Positions 32,195 through 41,782 of a stretch of 64,000 bases of DNA are shown in pieces (position 1 is the stretch's first letter; each line of letters starts with the position of its first letter). The position numbers and the translations under genes were made by a program. The DNA lies in contig SVRK01000003.1 of the NCBI GenBank assembly GCA_015064855.1, positions 158,594-222,593 on the forward strand, written 5' to 3'. The notes beneath the pieces are model-generated. The model saw nothing but the letters and a program-made list of their open reading frames with translations, was not told the DNA's origin and searched no databases. This DNA is from Oscillospiraceae bacterium. Its GTDB lineage: Bacteria; Bacillota; Clostridia; Oscillospirales; CAG-272.

Positions 32195-33558
32195 AGTGTA
32201 ACACCATCCTTGAAAATTGAAATTTCACGATATCCGTTTTCTTCGTTTTTGGTTTCCTTGCCGTTTGCAACTGAAATAATGTAGTTGAAAAATTCGCTGT
32301 CGAGGTCTTTGCCCGAAAGGGTAGGCGAAGCATCAAAATCAATCCAACCGGATTTCTTTGCTGCAAGGCTCGAATTAGTTGAAATCTTAACAGTTGGCAC
32401 AGGCGCACCAAGAGGAGTACCACGCCCGGTAGTAAATAAAATCATATGTACGCCACAAGCAGTTAAATTGGTAATAGCCACAATATCATTACCCGGACCG
32501 TTTAAAAGAGAAAGCCCGTTTGTTTTTAGTGTGTCACCGTAGTCAAGCACGTCACGTACAACGCAAGCGCCACCTTTTTGAACACAGCCAAGTGACTTTT
32601 CTTCAAGCGTTGTAATTCCACCAGCCTTGTTACCCGGAGATGGGTTTTCATAAACCACTTGATTGTGTGAAACGTAGTAATTCTTAAAGTCATTTATAAG
32701 CGAAACACATCTATTAAAAACGTTCTCGTTTTCCGCACGCTCCATCAAAAGATGCTCAGCCCCGAACATTTCAGGTACCTCTGTAAGCGCAACAGTTCCA
32801 CCAAATGACGTTAGCGTATCACTAAATCTTCCAAGCAAAGGATTTGCCGAAATTCCGCTGTATCCATCACTGCCGCCGCACTTGAGTCCTATGCGTAATT
32901 TAGACACAGGTACAGACGTTCTTTCGAATTTCGAGGCATATTCCTTTAATTCGTTTATGATCTTGACGCCTTCGTCTATCTCATTTTCAAAGTCTTGGCA
33001 GTTTAAAAATTTAACTCTTTCGTCGTCCCACTCGCCAAGAACCTTTTTAAATTCGGCTATATTGTTGTTCTCACATCCAAGTCCAAGCACCAAAACACCG
33101 CCTGCGTTTGGGTGATTTACAAGACCGCGCAAAACTAACTGCGTTGTCCTTTGGTCATCGCCAAGCTGTGAACAGCCAAACGGATGAGTGTAAGCATAAG
33201 CGCCGGTTAAGGATGCTAGCTTTTCGGCAATTTTGTTTACGCAACCAACTGTTGGAATAACCCAAATCTCGTTTCTGATTCCGATATCACCATTTGGGCG
33301 TACGTATCCGAGAAAGGTTGTGTTTGTTTCATTATATTTATATGTAGTTCCACCCGAATATTTATATACAAGCTCGCCTGATAAATTTGTTTTCATATTG
33401 TGCGTGTGCACGTGATCACCTTTTTTTATATCGGCTGTTGCGTGTCCTATTGGGTTTCCGTATTTTATTACGTTTTCGCCCTCTTTTATATCGCGTAGCG
33501 CATACTTGTGTCCGTTTTCAAGATTGATTGAAACGTTGTCAAGCTTGTTAATTATCAT
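32191..33558 (-). CDS. uxaA: Altronate dehydratase (UxaA family)
   Basis: N-terminal SAF domain (ALRDIKEGENVIKYG..IKKGDHVHTHN) plus a UxaA C-domain. Overlaps uxaC by 4 nt. Confidence 0.88.
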   Translation of the reverse strand: MIINKLDNVSINLENGHKYALRDIKEGENVIKYGNPIGHATADIKKGDHVHTHNMKTNLSGELVYKYSGGTTYKYNETNTTFLGYVRPNGDIGIRNEIWVIPTVGCVNKIAEKLASLTGAYAYTHPFGCSQLGDDQRTTQLVLRGLVNHPNAGGVLVLGLGCENNNIAEFKKVLGEWDDERVKFLNCQDFENEIDEGVKIINELKEYASKFERTSVPVSKLRIGLKCGGSDGYSGISANPLLGRFSDTLTSFGGTVALTEVPEMFGAEHLLMERAENENVFNRCVSLINDFKNYYVSHNQVVYENPSPGNKAGGITTLEEKSLGCVQKGGACVVRDVLDYGDTLKTNGLSLLNGPGNDIVAITNLTACGVHMILFTTGRGTPLGAPVPTVKISTNSSLAAKKSGWIDFDASPTLSGKDLDSEFFNYIISVANGKETKNEENGYREISIFKDGVTL

Positions 33559-34814
33559 TCCATATCTCCTAAAAGGTCGCTAAGATCCTGTCCCCAAAGT
33601 GATTCGTTTGATAAAATCTCGGCAGTTGTAGCATTCTTCATAAATGCACAAACTGTTGGGTCGTCATTTGTCATATCTGTTTTATAGAACTCAATGAGCT
33701 TTTTAAATGCAAAGATAAGTGTTTCGGGATAAGTGCCAAAGCGCTTTTTATATTCAAGAACAGATGGTAAAACTCTTACCTTAAACTTGCTAACGGAGTT
33801 TAGCGCTATTGAAGAAAGATAATGCTTAATATATGGGTTAGAGAAGCGTACCAAAACGTCGTTTGCGTAAGAAATAAGCTCGTCCTTTGGCAAATCAAGT
33901 GTTGGAATAATCTCATCAAAGACGCATTTTCTAATGTAAGCGTTCATTTTTTCATCATCAACGCAGGATTTAACTGTATCAAAGCCACATAGAAGTGCAT
34001 AAGGCACAAGTGAGGTGTGTGCACCGTTTAAAATGCGTACCTTTCTTGTTCTATACTTTTCAAGAGCATTGGGAGTCAAAATTACATTTAGTCCTGCCTT
34101 TTTAAATGGCAACTCTGCCTCTAAATCGTAGTTTGTTTCGATTACCCAAAGGTGGAAAAACTCAGATGTATTTACCATCTTGTCATCAAAAGTAAGCTCA
34201 ATATCCTCACCCTTTGGATAGCCTGTGTTTATGCGGTCAACCAAGGTGTTAGTAAATATGTTTTCATTTTCTATCCAAGCCTTAAATTCCTCGGAGTATC
34301 CCCAAAGCTCGGCATACTTTAAAATGCATTTTTTTAGGTTGTCACCGTTTCTGTCTATAAGCTCACAGGGTAGGAAAACAAATCCGTCAAGACCTAAATC
34401 AAATCTTTTCTTTAATAAAAGAGTAACCTTGGCGGGGAAGGAAGACGGTGGAGTGTCTGTATCCTTGTCTGTATCTACAAATGTAATTCCCGATTCGGTT
34501 GTGTTGGAGACAATATACTTTAATTCAGGCTGGCTAGCAAGTGCAAGATATGAATCAAAATCATCATATGGCTTTACGCATCTGGATATAACGTCAATAA
34601 CACTTGATTCGTATCCTTCCTCACCGCGTACAAGATGCGTATATTTGCACTCTTGGGCAGTTAAAACGTCGCAAAGCCCTTCTTTAATTGGTTGGACAAC
34701 AACAACGCTACCCTCAAAATCAGTTGTATCATTAATTTTTTGAATCATCCAATCGGCAAATCCACGCAAAAATCCGCCTTCGCCAAATTGTATAAATTTT
34801 TCCGTTCTTTTCAT
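33555..34814 (-). CDS. uxaB: Tagaturonate reductase (altronate oxidoreductase), mannitol dehydrogenase family
   Basis: The N-terminus IQFGEGGFLRGFADWMI is the UxaB signature. It is the first gene of the uxaBAC operon. 419 aa. Confidence 0.85.
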   Translation of the reverse strand: MKRTEKFIQFGEGGFLRGFADWMIQKINDTTDFEGSVVVVQPIKEGLCDVLTAQECKYTHLVRGEEGYESSVIDVISRCVKPYDDFDSYLALASQPELKYIVSNTTESGITFVDTDKDTDTPPSSFPAKVTLLLKKRFDLGLDGFVFLPCELIDRNGDNLKKCILKYAELWGYSEEFKAWIENENIFTNTLVDRINTGYPKGEDIELTFDDKMVNTSEFFHLWVIETNYDLEAELPFKKAGLNVILTPNALEKYRTRKVRILNGAHTSLVPYALLCGFDTVKSCVDDEKMNAYIRKCVFDEIIPTLDLPKDELISYANDVLVRFSNPYIKHYLSSIALNSVSKFKVRVLPSVLEYKKRFGTYPETLIFAFKKLIEFYKTDMTNDDPTVCAFMKNATTAEILSNESLWGQDLSDLLGDME

Positions 34815-34892
34815 AATAAACCTCGCAAAAATTAAACTATTTATATTCTAATATAAATTGCAGAAAAAAGGTAGTACTATTAGTGAAAAATT

Positions 34893-34953
34893 TTGAAAAA
34901 TTTTCAATATTTTGCGCCATATTCAAAAAACTGTGATATAATTATCATATCAC
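34893..34953. promoter_or_regulatory. Divergent uxaB/GH4 control region with two palindromes (candidate operators)
   Basis: TTGAAAA-A-TTTTCAA (34893-34907) and GTGATAT-N7-ATATCAC (34933-34953). The second overlaps a TATAAT at 34937-34942. Confidence 0.3.
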
Positions 34954-34972
34954 TTAACAAGGAGATAAAAAA

Positions 34973-36358
34973 ATGATATACGAAAACGGCAAAGCCAATG
35001 GTGTGAAAATTGCATACGTTGGCGGTGGCTCGCGCGGTTGGGCGTGGGGACTTATGAGCGACTTAGCAGCTAACGAGGATATGAGTGGTGATGTTTACCT
35101 ATACGATATAGATTATGAGGCTGCACAGGCAAATGAGATTATAGGAAACAAATATAACTCTTGCGAGGGCACAAAATCAGAGTGGAAGTATCACGCAGTA
35201 AAGACGCCAAAGGAAGCGTTTACAGGTGCTGATTTTGTCGTAATTTCGATACTCCCCGGCACTTTTGACGAAATGGAGAGCGACGTACATACCCCTGAAA
35301 AGTACGGAATTTATCAGTCAGTAGGTGATACAACAGGCCCCGGTGGAATTGTAAGAGCTATGCGTACAATTCCTATGTTCGAGGAAATTGCAAACTACAT
35401 AAAGGAATTTTGCCCAAACGCTTGGGTTATAAACTACACCAACCCAATGACACTTTGCGTAAAAGCACTTTACAAGACATTCCCTGAAATTAAGGCGTTT
35501 GGATGCTGTCACGAGGTTTTTGGAACACAAAGACTGCTTACGTGGGTGGTTGATGAGTATCTTGGCAAGAAGGCTACAAGAGAAGAAATTAAGGTAAATC
35601 CTGTTGCTGTAAACCATTTTACTTGGCTAACAAGTGCTACTTATCAAGGCATTGACCTGTTCCCATATTACGCAAAATACTGTGATAAATACGCTGACGG
35701 ACTTCCTGCGAAGCCTGATAACAACTGGATGAACAACTCCTTTGCATGTGCAGGTAAGGTAACGTTTGACCTGTTCAAAAGATTTGGCTATATTTCCGCG
35801 GCGGGTGACCGTCACTTGGCTGAGTTCTGCCCTGGCAAATGGTATCTTGAAAGTCCGGAGAGAGTACGTGAAATGAAATTTGGTTTAACCCCAGTTTCAT
35901 GGCGTAAAGAAGACCTTAAAAACCGCCTTGAAAGAAGCCGTAAGCTTGTTTCGGGTGAAGACAAGGTCGAAATTTGGAAAACAGGCGAAGAGGGCGTTAA
36001 CCAAATGAGAGCGCTCCTTGGTCTTTGCGACTTGGTTACAAACGTTAATATTCCAAATGTCGGTCAAATTCCAAACTTGCCACTCGGCGCAGTAGTTGAA
36101 ACTAATGCTATATTCCGTACAAACGAGCTAAAGCCGGTTCTCGCAGGCAATATTCCAAATTCGATTTATCCATTAGTTTCAAAGATTTGCACCGAGCAGG
36201 AGGCACTTGCTGAGGCAATCGCCAACCGTGATATTGATGCTATATTCAGCGCATTTATAGGCGACCCACTCGTTACTTGTAATATAGCCGATGCAAGAAA
36301 GCTCTTTGATGAAATGGTAGAGAACACTAAAAAATATCTAACCGACTACAACCTATAA
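34973..36358 (+). CDS. Glycoside hydrolase family 4 (alpha-galacturonidase/alpha-glucosidase-like, LplD-type)
   Basis: N-terminal NAD site KIAYVGGGSRGW and a GH4 core (INYTNPM, CHE). Context next to uxaBAC. Confidence 0.8.
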   Translation: MIYENGKANGVKIAYVGGGSRGWAWGLMSDLAANEDMSGDVYLYDIDYEAAQANEIIGNKYNSCEGTKSEWKYHAVKTPKEAFTGADFVVISILPGTFDEMESDVHTPEKYGIYQSVGDTTGPGGIVRAMRTIPMFEEIANYIKEFCPNAWVINYTNPMTLCVKALYKTFPEIKAFGCCHEVFGTQRLLTWVVDEYLGKKATREEIKVNPVAVNHFTWLTSATYQGIDLFPYYAKYCDKYADGLPAKPDNNWMNNSFACAGKVTFDLFKRFGYISAAGDRHLAEFCPGKWYLESPERVREMKFGLTPVSWRKEDLKNRLERSRKLVSGEDKVEIWKTGEEGVNQMRALLGLCDLVTNVNIPNVGQIPNLPLGAVVETNAIFRTNELKPVLAGNIPNSIYPLVSKICTEQEALAEAIANRDIDAIFSAFIGDPLVTCNIADARKLFDEMVENTKKYLTDYNL

Positions 36359-36360
36359 TA

Positions 36361-36388
36361 AAAAGCGCCCAATCGGGCGCTTTTTTAT
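36361..36388 (+). terminator. Rho-independent terminator
   Basis: AAAAGCGCCC-AATC-GGGCGCTTTTTT. Confidence 0.88.
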
Positions 36389-36428
36389 TACAGAATATTA
36401 ACTGTCGCGTTTTTGCGACACTATATTA

Positions 36429-36457
36429 TTGACATTATAACAAAATTATGGTACAAT
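36429..36457 (+). promoter_or_regulatory. Sigma-A promoter
   Basis: TTGACA, 17 nt, TACAAT. Confidence 0.6.
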
Positions 36458-36489
36458 AATACAGTAGAATTAACAAAGGAGATATATTT

Positions 36490-37395
36490 ATGGCACTTTC
36501 ACTTGATGATAAATTGGTTGTTGGTATTTCCTCACGTGCGCTTTTTGACTTGGAGGAGGAGAACAAAATATATGAGGAAAAAGGCTTAAAGGCATATTCT
36601 GAATATCAAATCGAGCACGAAAATGATATTTTAAAGCCTGGCACAGCGTTTCCTCTTGTTAAGGCTTTACATAATCTTAATTGTGATAACAAGCATATGA
36701 CCGAGATAATAATTATGTCAAAAAACAGTGCCGACACAAGCTTGAGAATTTTTAACTCAATTAAGCATTATGGTCTTGATATTTCACGTGCGGCACTAAT
36801 AGGTGGAAATTCCATAACCCCATATCTAAACACCTTTAAAACCGACCTTTTCTTGTCCGCAAACGAGGATGACGTGCAAGAGGCAATCAATGCAGGGATT
36901 GCCGCGGGTATAATCTGCTCACACGCTAATTTACCTATAAATCCAAATGAAGAATCCCCCCAAATCAGAATCGCATTTGACGGAGATGCCGTTATTTTCT
37001 CCGATGAATCCGAAAAAATATATAAAGAAAAAGGGCTTGATGCCTTTGCTAAGCACGAGGAGGAAAACGCAAAAAAGCCACTTCCCGAAGGACCATTTGC
37101 AAAGCTTTTAAAAACCATTTCCCTAATTCAAAATCAATTTAAGGACGCGGAAAAAATGCCAATTAGAACCGCACTGGTAACCGCTCGTAATACCCCAGCA
37201 CACGAAAGAGTTATAAGAACCTTGCGTGCGTGGGATGTAAGAATTGACGAGGCATTTTTCCTTGGTGGAATAGAAAAAAGCGAAATTTTAAAATCCTTTG
37301 GTGCAAACATCTTTTTCGACGACCAAAGCGTACATACCGATAAAGCATCAAGACTTGTTCCATCAGCAAGAGTACCATATAAGCAAGAAAAATAA
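36490..37395 (+). CDS. 5'-nucleotidase (cN-IA-like, PF06189-type)
   Basis: VVGISSRALFDLEEEN.., IRIAFDGDAVIFSDESE.. and ..TARNTPAHERVIRTLR.. resemble the bacterial cytosolic 5'-nucleotidase family. Confidence 0.7.
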   Translation: MALSLDDKLVVGISSRALFDLEEENKIYEEKGLKAYSEYQIEHENDILKPGTAFPLVKALHNLNCDNKHMTEIIIMSKNSADTSLRIFNSIKHYGLDISRAALIGGNSITPYLNTFKTDLFLSANEDDVQEAINAGIAAGIICSHANLPINPNEESPQIRIAFDGDAVIFSDESEKIYKEKGLDAFAKHEEENAKKPLPEGPFAKLLKTISLIQNQFKDAEKMPIRTALVTARNTPAHERVIRTLRAWDVRIDEAFFLGGIEKSEILKSFGANIFFDDQSVHTDKASRLVPSARVPYKQEK

Positions 37396-37420
37396 AAAGG
37401 TGTCATTTGACACCTTTTTT
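37394..37420. terminator. Bidirectional terminator
   Basis: AAAAAGGTGTCA-TT-TGACACCTTTTTT. Confidence 0.85.
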
Positions 37421-37421
37421 C

Positions 37422-38621
37422 TTATTTATTCTTGTATTCCAGAGCCAATGCCTTAAATGCAGGTAAAGCGCCAACAACTGTGCTTTTTGATGTGCAATAA
37501 GCTATTCTTACATATCCACTTACACCAAAATCATCACAGGGAACGACTAAAATTTCGTGCTTTTTTGCCGCCTCGTAGAACTTATATGCATCAGGCTCTA
37601 AAGCCTTTACAAATAGATAGAATGCACCATCAGGCTTTACACATTCATAGCCGTACTCGGTTAAATTGTCGTAAAGTAAATCGCGGTTTTCCTTATATGC
37701 CTCAATATTAACCTTTGCATTTAAGCAATTCTTAATAACTTGTTGGAAAAGGCTAGGTGCACAAACGTAGCCTAGGCTTCTTCCTGCACCACATACGCAT
37801 AGATATACATTTTGTGCATCCTGCATTTTGGGGTTAACAGCGATATATCCAATTCTCTCACCAGGCAAGGAAAGGGACTTTGAATATGAGTAGCAAACTA
37901 AAGTGTTGTCATAATAGTTCATAAGATAAGGAACGTTAACACCGGAATAAACAAGCTCCCTATACGGCTCGTCGGCAATTAAATAAATTACCTTGCCATA
38001 TTCCAGGCTCTTTTTCTTTAAAACCTCACAAATTGCCTTTATAGTTTCTTCTGTATAAACAACTCCGCTTGGGTTATTCGGTGAGTTTACTATAACCGCC
38101 TTTGTGTTTTCGTTAATTTTGCTTTCGAAATCGTTAATATCAACTTGGAATGTTTTTTCCATTGGTGTGCTTACAACAATTTTTCCGCCTGCATTTTCAA
38201 TGAAAACTCTATATTCGGTGAAGAACGGAGCAAAAACTATACACTCCTCGCCACCTTTTTCATCAAACACAGCCTTTAGGCATATGGAAAGCGAAGCGGC
38301 GGCACCGCATGTCATATAAATTAAATTTGGGTTAATATCTGCGCTAAATCTTTCGTTTATGTTATTTGCAATAGCTGTTCTTACACCTAAATCACCTTGA
38401 GCGGATGTGTATCCGTGCAGAAGAACAGAGCTTTCAGTAGATAAAAGATTTTTTATTGTTTCATTTACCTCGGCAGGGGCGGGCACACTTGGGTTACCAA
38501 GGCTAAAATCGTATACGTTTTCAGCGCCGATTTCTGCCCCGCGTGCTTTACTGTATTCAAATATTTCTCTAATTATGGACCTTTTGCTACCTAGTCCATA
38601 CATTTTTTTATTATATCCCAT
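37422..38621 (-). CDS. PLP-dependent aminotransferase, class I/II (aromatic/aspartate type)
   Basis: 399 aa with the SYSKSLSLPGERIGY Lys-PLP motif and NNPSG. Last gene of the ior/paaK operon. Confidence 0.88.
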   Translation of the reverse strand: MGYNKKMYGLGSKRSIIREIFEYSKARGAEIGAENVYDFSLGNPSVPAPAEVNETIKNLLSTESSVLLHGYTSAQGDLGVRTAIANNINERFSADINPNLIYMTCGAAASLSICLKAVFDEKGGEECIVFAPFFTEYRVFIENAGGKIVVSTPMEKTFQVDINDFESKINENTKAVIVNSPNNPSGVVYTEETIKAICEVLKKKSLEYGKVIYLIADEPYRELVYSGVNVPYLMNYYDNTLVCYSYSKSLSLPGERIGYIAVNPKMQDAQNVYLCVCGAGRSLGYVCAPSLFQQVIKNCLNAKVNIEAYKENRDLLYDNLTEYGYECVKPDGAFYLFVKALEPDAYKFYEAAKKHEILVVPCDDFGVSGYVRIAYCTSKSTVVGALPAFKALALEYKNK

Positions 38622-38629
38622 AATAATAC

Positions 38630-39430
38630 CTATATATTAAGTAGTTTTTTTGCGTTTTTGTAAAAGATTTTATCCTCTGTTTCCTTGTCAAGAGCGTAAG
38701 ATTTTAAAATTTTAACGTCTTTTTTTATGTCACTCCAAGGCGAGTCGGTGGCAAATAAAATTTTGTCCTCTCCGTGGCGCTTGATTATTTCTTTAAATGT
38801 TTTTTCATTCGTTTCTCTTAAAACGTAAGCAGTATCAAAATAAACGTCCTCGCCAGAAAGATGGATAAGAACCTCGTCGGTCATTTCGTTCCCGCCAAGA
38901 TGTGCAAGCACAAGCTTAGAGTGCGGAACCTTTTTAATAAGCTCCTTAGCAAGAATAGGGGGACATTTAATAGGCTCGCCCAAGAATCCACAGTCAACAC
39001 CGGCATGGGTAACGACAATTAAATCTAAATCCCTTGCGCACTCCAAAATCTTAATGTATCCTTCGTGTGTTATATATTCACCTTGATAGTCAGGATGTAT
39101 TTTTACGCCCTTAAAGCCTGATTCCTTTAAAAAATTCATTTTTCCATAAATATCCTCGCAAAGAGGATGAATACCACCGAAGGAAATAAGCTTACCTTCA
39201 TATAGCCTGTTTATTTCACAGGCAAAACGATTTATGCTATCAAACTGATGAGGGCTCGTAACAACAGGCAAGGTAACAGAAATATCAACTTCTGCCTCAT
39301 TCATTTTAGAAACGAGTGACTCGCTTGTGCCCTCGGCAAAGGGTGGAATACCACCCTTGCCTGAAAGAAATTCAATAGTTTTATTTGCGATTTTGTCCGG
39401 AAAAATGTGCGTGTGAAAATCGATAATCAT
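38630..39430 (-). CDS. Amidohydrolase-fold (TIM-barrel metal-dependent hydrolase) protein
   Basis: Starts MIIDFHTHIF (HxH metal motif). I chose the ATG at 39430, 4 nt after the ACT gene stop, over the longer overlapping ORF. Confidence 0.75.
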   Translation of the reverse strand: MIIDFHTHIFPDKIANKTIEFLSGKGGIPPFAEGTSESLVSKMNEAEVDISVTLPVVTSPHQFDSINRFACEINRLYEGKLISFGGIHPLCEDIYGKMNFLKESGFKGVKIHPDYQGEYITHEGYIKILECARDLDLIVVTHAGVDCGFLGEPIKCPPILAKELIKKVPHSKLVLAHLGGNEMTDEVLIHLSGEDVYFDTAYVLRETNEKTFKEIIKRHGEDKILFATDSPWSDIKKDVKILKSYALDKETEDKIFYKNAKKLLNI

Positions 39431-39434
39431 TTTA

Positions 39435-39863
39435 TTAAAGCTTTGCAAGCTCCTCACAGGTTAAGGTTTTAACACCGTTTGCATCAAGAATTTCATCTAC
39501 CTTTTGTGTGTCTGATGCTTTTAGAACAACGTGCGCCTCGTTTGATTCAATCGAGAGACCGTACATATATTCAATATTAACGCCATTATCGTCAATAATC
39601 TTTAAAAGTGCTTGTAGACTTCCTGCCTTGTGTGGAATTTTGATAATTGAAACGTCGGAAAGAAGAGAAGAAAATCCGTTTTCTTGTAATTTTTCCTTGC
39701 CGAGTTTTGCATTATCAACAATAAGACGGAGTAGACCGAATTCTGTTGTGTCAGCCAAGCTGAGAGAGAGAATATTTACGTTATTGTCCTTTAAAACGCC
39801 CAAAACCTCTGAAAGACGGCCTGAACGATTTTCAATAAATACAGTTAGTTGTTTAGCAAACAT
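39435..39863 (-). CDS. ACT domain-containing protein
   Basis: 142 aa with two ACT-like beta-alpha-beta-beta-alpha-beta halves. This is a usual companion of the PaaK/IOR genes. Confidence 0.75.
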   Translation of the reverse strand: MFAKQLTVFIENRSGRLSEVLGVLKDNNVNILSLSLADTTEFGLLRLIVDNAKLGKEKLQENGFSSLLSDVSIIKIPHKAGSLQALLKIIDDNGVNIEYMYGLSIESNEAHVVLKASDTQKVDEILDANGVKTLTCEELAKL

Positions 39864-39879
39864 AATAGTTCTCCTTTAA

Positions 39880-41178
39880 TTAATATAATTTACGCTTATC
39901 AATTACGTGAACGGCCTTGCCCTCACTTCTAACGAGAGTTTGAGGCTCAACAATCTTAACCTTTGCGTTAATTCCAAGTGCTTGGAGTATAACGTGTGAA
40001 ATTTTCTTTGTAAGTGCTTCAATAGCTCTTATTTCGTCTGTATAGTATTTAGGGTTCATTTCAACTTGAACCTCAAGAGTATCGAGATTGTTTACACGGT
40101 CAACTATCATCATATAGTGAGGGGTTACCTCTTCAACCTCGCAAAGAGCAGCTTCAATTTGGCTTGGGAATACGTTAACGCCTCTGATAATGAGCATATC
40201 GTCAACTCTACCCTTGAATCTTGAAATACGCGCACTAGTTCTACCACATTCACAAGGTGAGTGGTCGATGCTTGTTAAATCCTTGGTTCTGTATCTAATC
40301 ATAGGGATACCCTCTTTGGTAAGAGTGGTAAATGCAAGCTCACCCGTTTCACCATCGGCAATAGGCTTTAATGTAGCAGTGTCAAGAATCTCAGGGAAGA
40401 AATGGTCCTCACAAACGTGAAGTCCACGATGGAATTGACAGTCACAGGCAACACCTGGACCCATAATCTCGGAAAGACCATAAATATCATAAGCCTTGAT
40501 ATTTAATTTTTCCTCAATTTCCTTGTGCATCTTTTCAGTCCAAGGCTCAGCACCGCAAATAGCAGCCTTTAATTTAATTTTATCAAGAAGCCCCTCGTTT
40601 TCAAGAACCTCTGAAATATGTAAAAGATATGATGGTGTACAAGCAATAGCAGTAGCACCGAAGTCAACCATCATAGTGGTTAGCTTTTTAGAGTTACCTG
40701 TGCTCATAGGAACAACGGTTGCACCAATCTTTTCAGCACCACCATGTGCACCGAGACCACCAGTAAATAAGCCGTAGCCGTAAGCAATTTGGATAATATC
40801 ATCCTTGCCAAGATCTGCCATAGAGAAGCATCTTGCAACGCATTCAGCCCAAATATCAAGGTCATATCTTGTATATCCTACAACAGTTGCTTTACCCGTT
40901 GTACCGCTTGATGCATGAATTCTTACAATTTCAGAGTTAGGCACAGCGAAAAGTCCAAATGGGTAGTTATCACGAAGATCATCCTTTGTCATAAAAGGAA
41001 GCTTTGTAATATCCTCAATAGACTTAATATCACCGGGCAATAGTCCTACTGCCTGCATCTTTTTTCTGTAAAATTCAACGTTATGGTAAACGTAATCAAC
41101 GAGCTTAACAAGTCTTGCGCTTTGCAAATTTGTCATTTGGTCGCGCGACATACATTCTTTTGTTTCATTCCAAATCAT
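39880..41178 (-). CDS. Phenylacetate-CoA ligase family protein (PaaK paralog 1)
   Basis: SSGTTGK AMP-binding motif. The MIWNETKE start is homologous to the MIWSKEE start of paralog 2. GGAG RBS. Confidence 0.88.
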   Translation of the reverse strand: MIWNETKECMSRDQMTNLQSARLVKLVDYVYHNVEFYRKKMQAVGLLPGDIKSIEDITKLPFMTKDDLRDNYPFGLFAVPNSEIVRIHASSGTTGKATVVGYTRYDLDIWAECVARCFSMADLGKDDIIQIAYGYGLFTGGLGAHGGAEKIGATVVPMSTGNSKKLTTMMVDFGATAIACTPSYLLHISEVLENEGLLDKIKLKAAICGAEPWTEKMHKEIEEKLNIKAYDIYGLSEIMGPGVACDCQFHRGLHVCEDHFFPEILDTATLKPIADGETGELAFTTLTKEGIPMIRYRTKDLTSIDHSPCECGRTSARISRFKGRVDDMLIIRGVNVFPSQIEAALCEVEEVTPHYMMIVDRVNNLDTLEVQVEMNPKYYTDEIRAIEALTKKISHVILQALGINAKVKIVEPQTLVRSEGKAVHVIDKRKLY

Positions 41179-41207
41179 AAAAATTTTCTCCAAATATCAA
41201 AATAAAA

Positions 41208-41780
41208 TTATTTTGTCGCTTCGAAGCCTTCTACAAATGCTTTTTTATTGATTTCGATTGTTTTAGGAGGAACGGTAGCCTCAACGACAGAAAGCCAATC
41301 CTCCTTCGTAAACCCGATATATGGAGCAGCAAAACCAAGTACAACGGAGTTTAAAACCTTTGAGTTACCAAGAGAAAGGGCGATTTTTTGTCCGTCAATG
41401 GAGTAAACCTTGTGATTTTTCTTTAGATTTTCTAAAATTCCTTCCGGATATTCCTTTGCACCTATAACAACAGTCATAGGGTCAATTCTACAGTCGTTAA
41501 CGATTAAAACGCCGTCTTTTTTTAGGAAGTGTGAGTATCTTTGAGCCTCAAGTCGTTCAAACGCGATAATAACGTCTGCTTGACCCTCCTCAACAACAGG
41601 CTCAGCTACCTTTTCACCGTAGCGAACGAAAGTAACAACGCTACCACCACGCTGTGCCATACCGTGCACCTCGGAAATTTTAACGTCGTATCCTGCTTCA
41701 AGAGCAGTTTTACCGATAATTCTACTGGTGAGAAGTGTACCTTGTCCACCCACACCCACAATCATTATATTCTTTGTCAT
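41208..41780 (-). CDS. iorB: Indolepyruvate:ferredoxin oxidoreductase subunit beta
   Basis: 190 aa. IVGVGGQGTLLTSRI and pyruvate/ketoisovalerate oxidoreductase gamma-like fold. Immediately downstream of iorA. Confidence 0.88.
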   Translation of the reverse strand: MTKNIMIVGVGGQGTLLTSRIIGKTALEAGYDVKISEVHGMAQRGGSVVTFVRYGEKVAEPVVEEGQADVIIAFERLEAQRYSHFLKKDGVLIVNDCRIDPMTVVIGAKEYPEGILENLKKNHKVYSIDGQKIALSLGNSKVLNSVVLGFAAPYIGFTKEDWLSVVEATVPPKTIEINKKAFVEGFEATK

Positions 41781-41782
41781 AA

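Noticed and set aside
34225-34743. 172-aa + strand ORF, and many other 60-130-aa ORFs antisense to large genes (e.g. 809-1057, 2134-2469, 5069-5431, 24489-24892, 41826-42140).
   Set aside because: - They lie entirely within, and opposite to, well-supported conserved genes.
- They have skewed low-complexity composition (Ser/Leu/Phe-rich) and lack RBSs.
- They are shadow ORFs.
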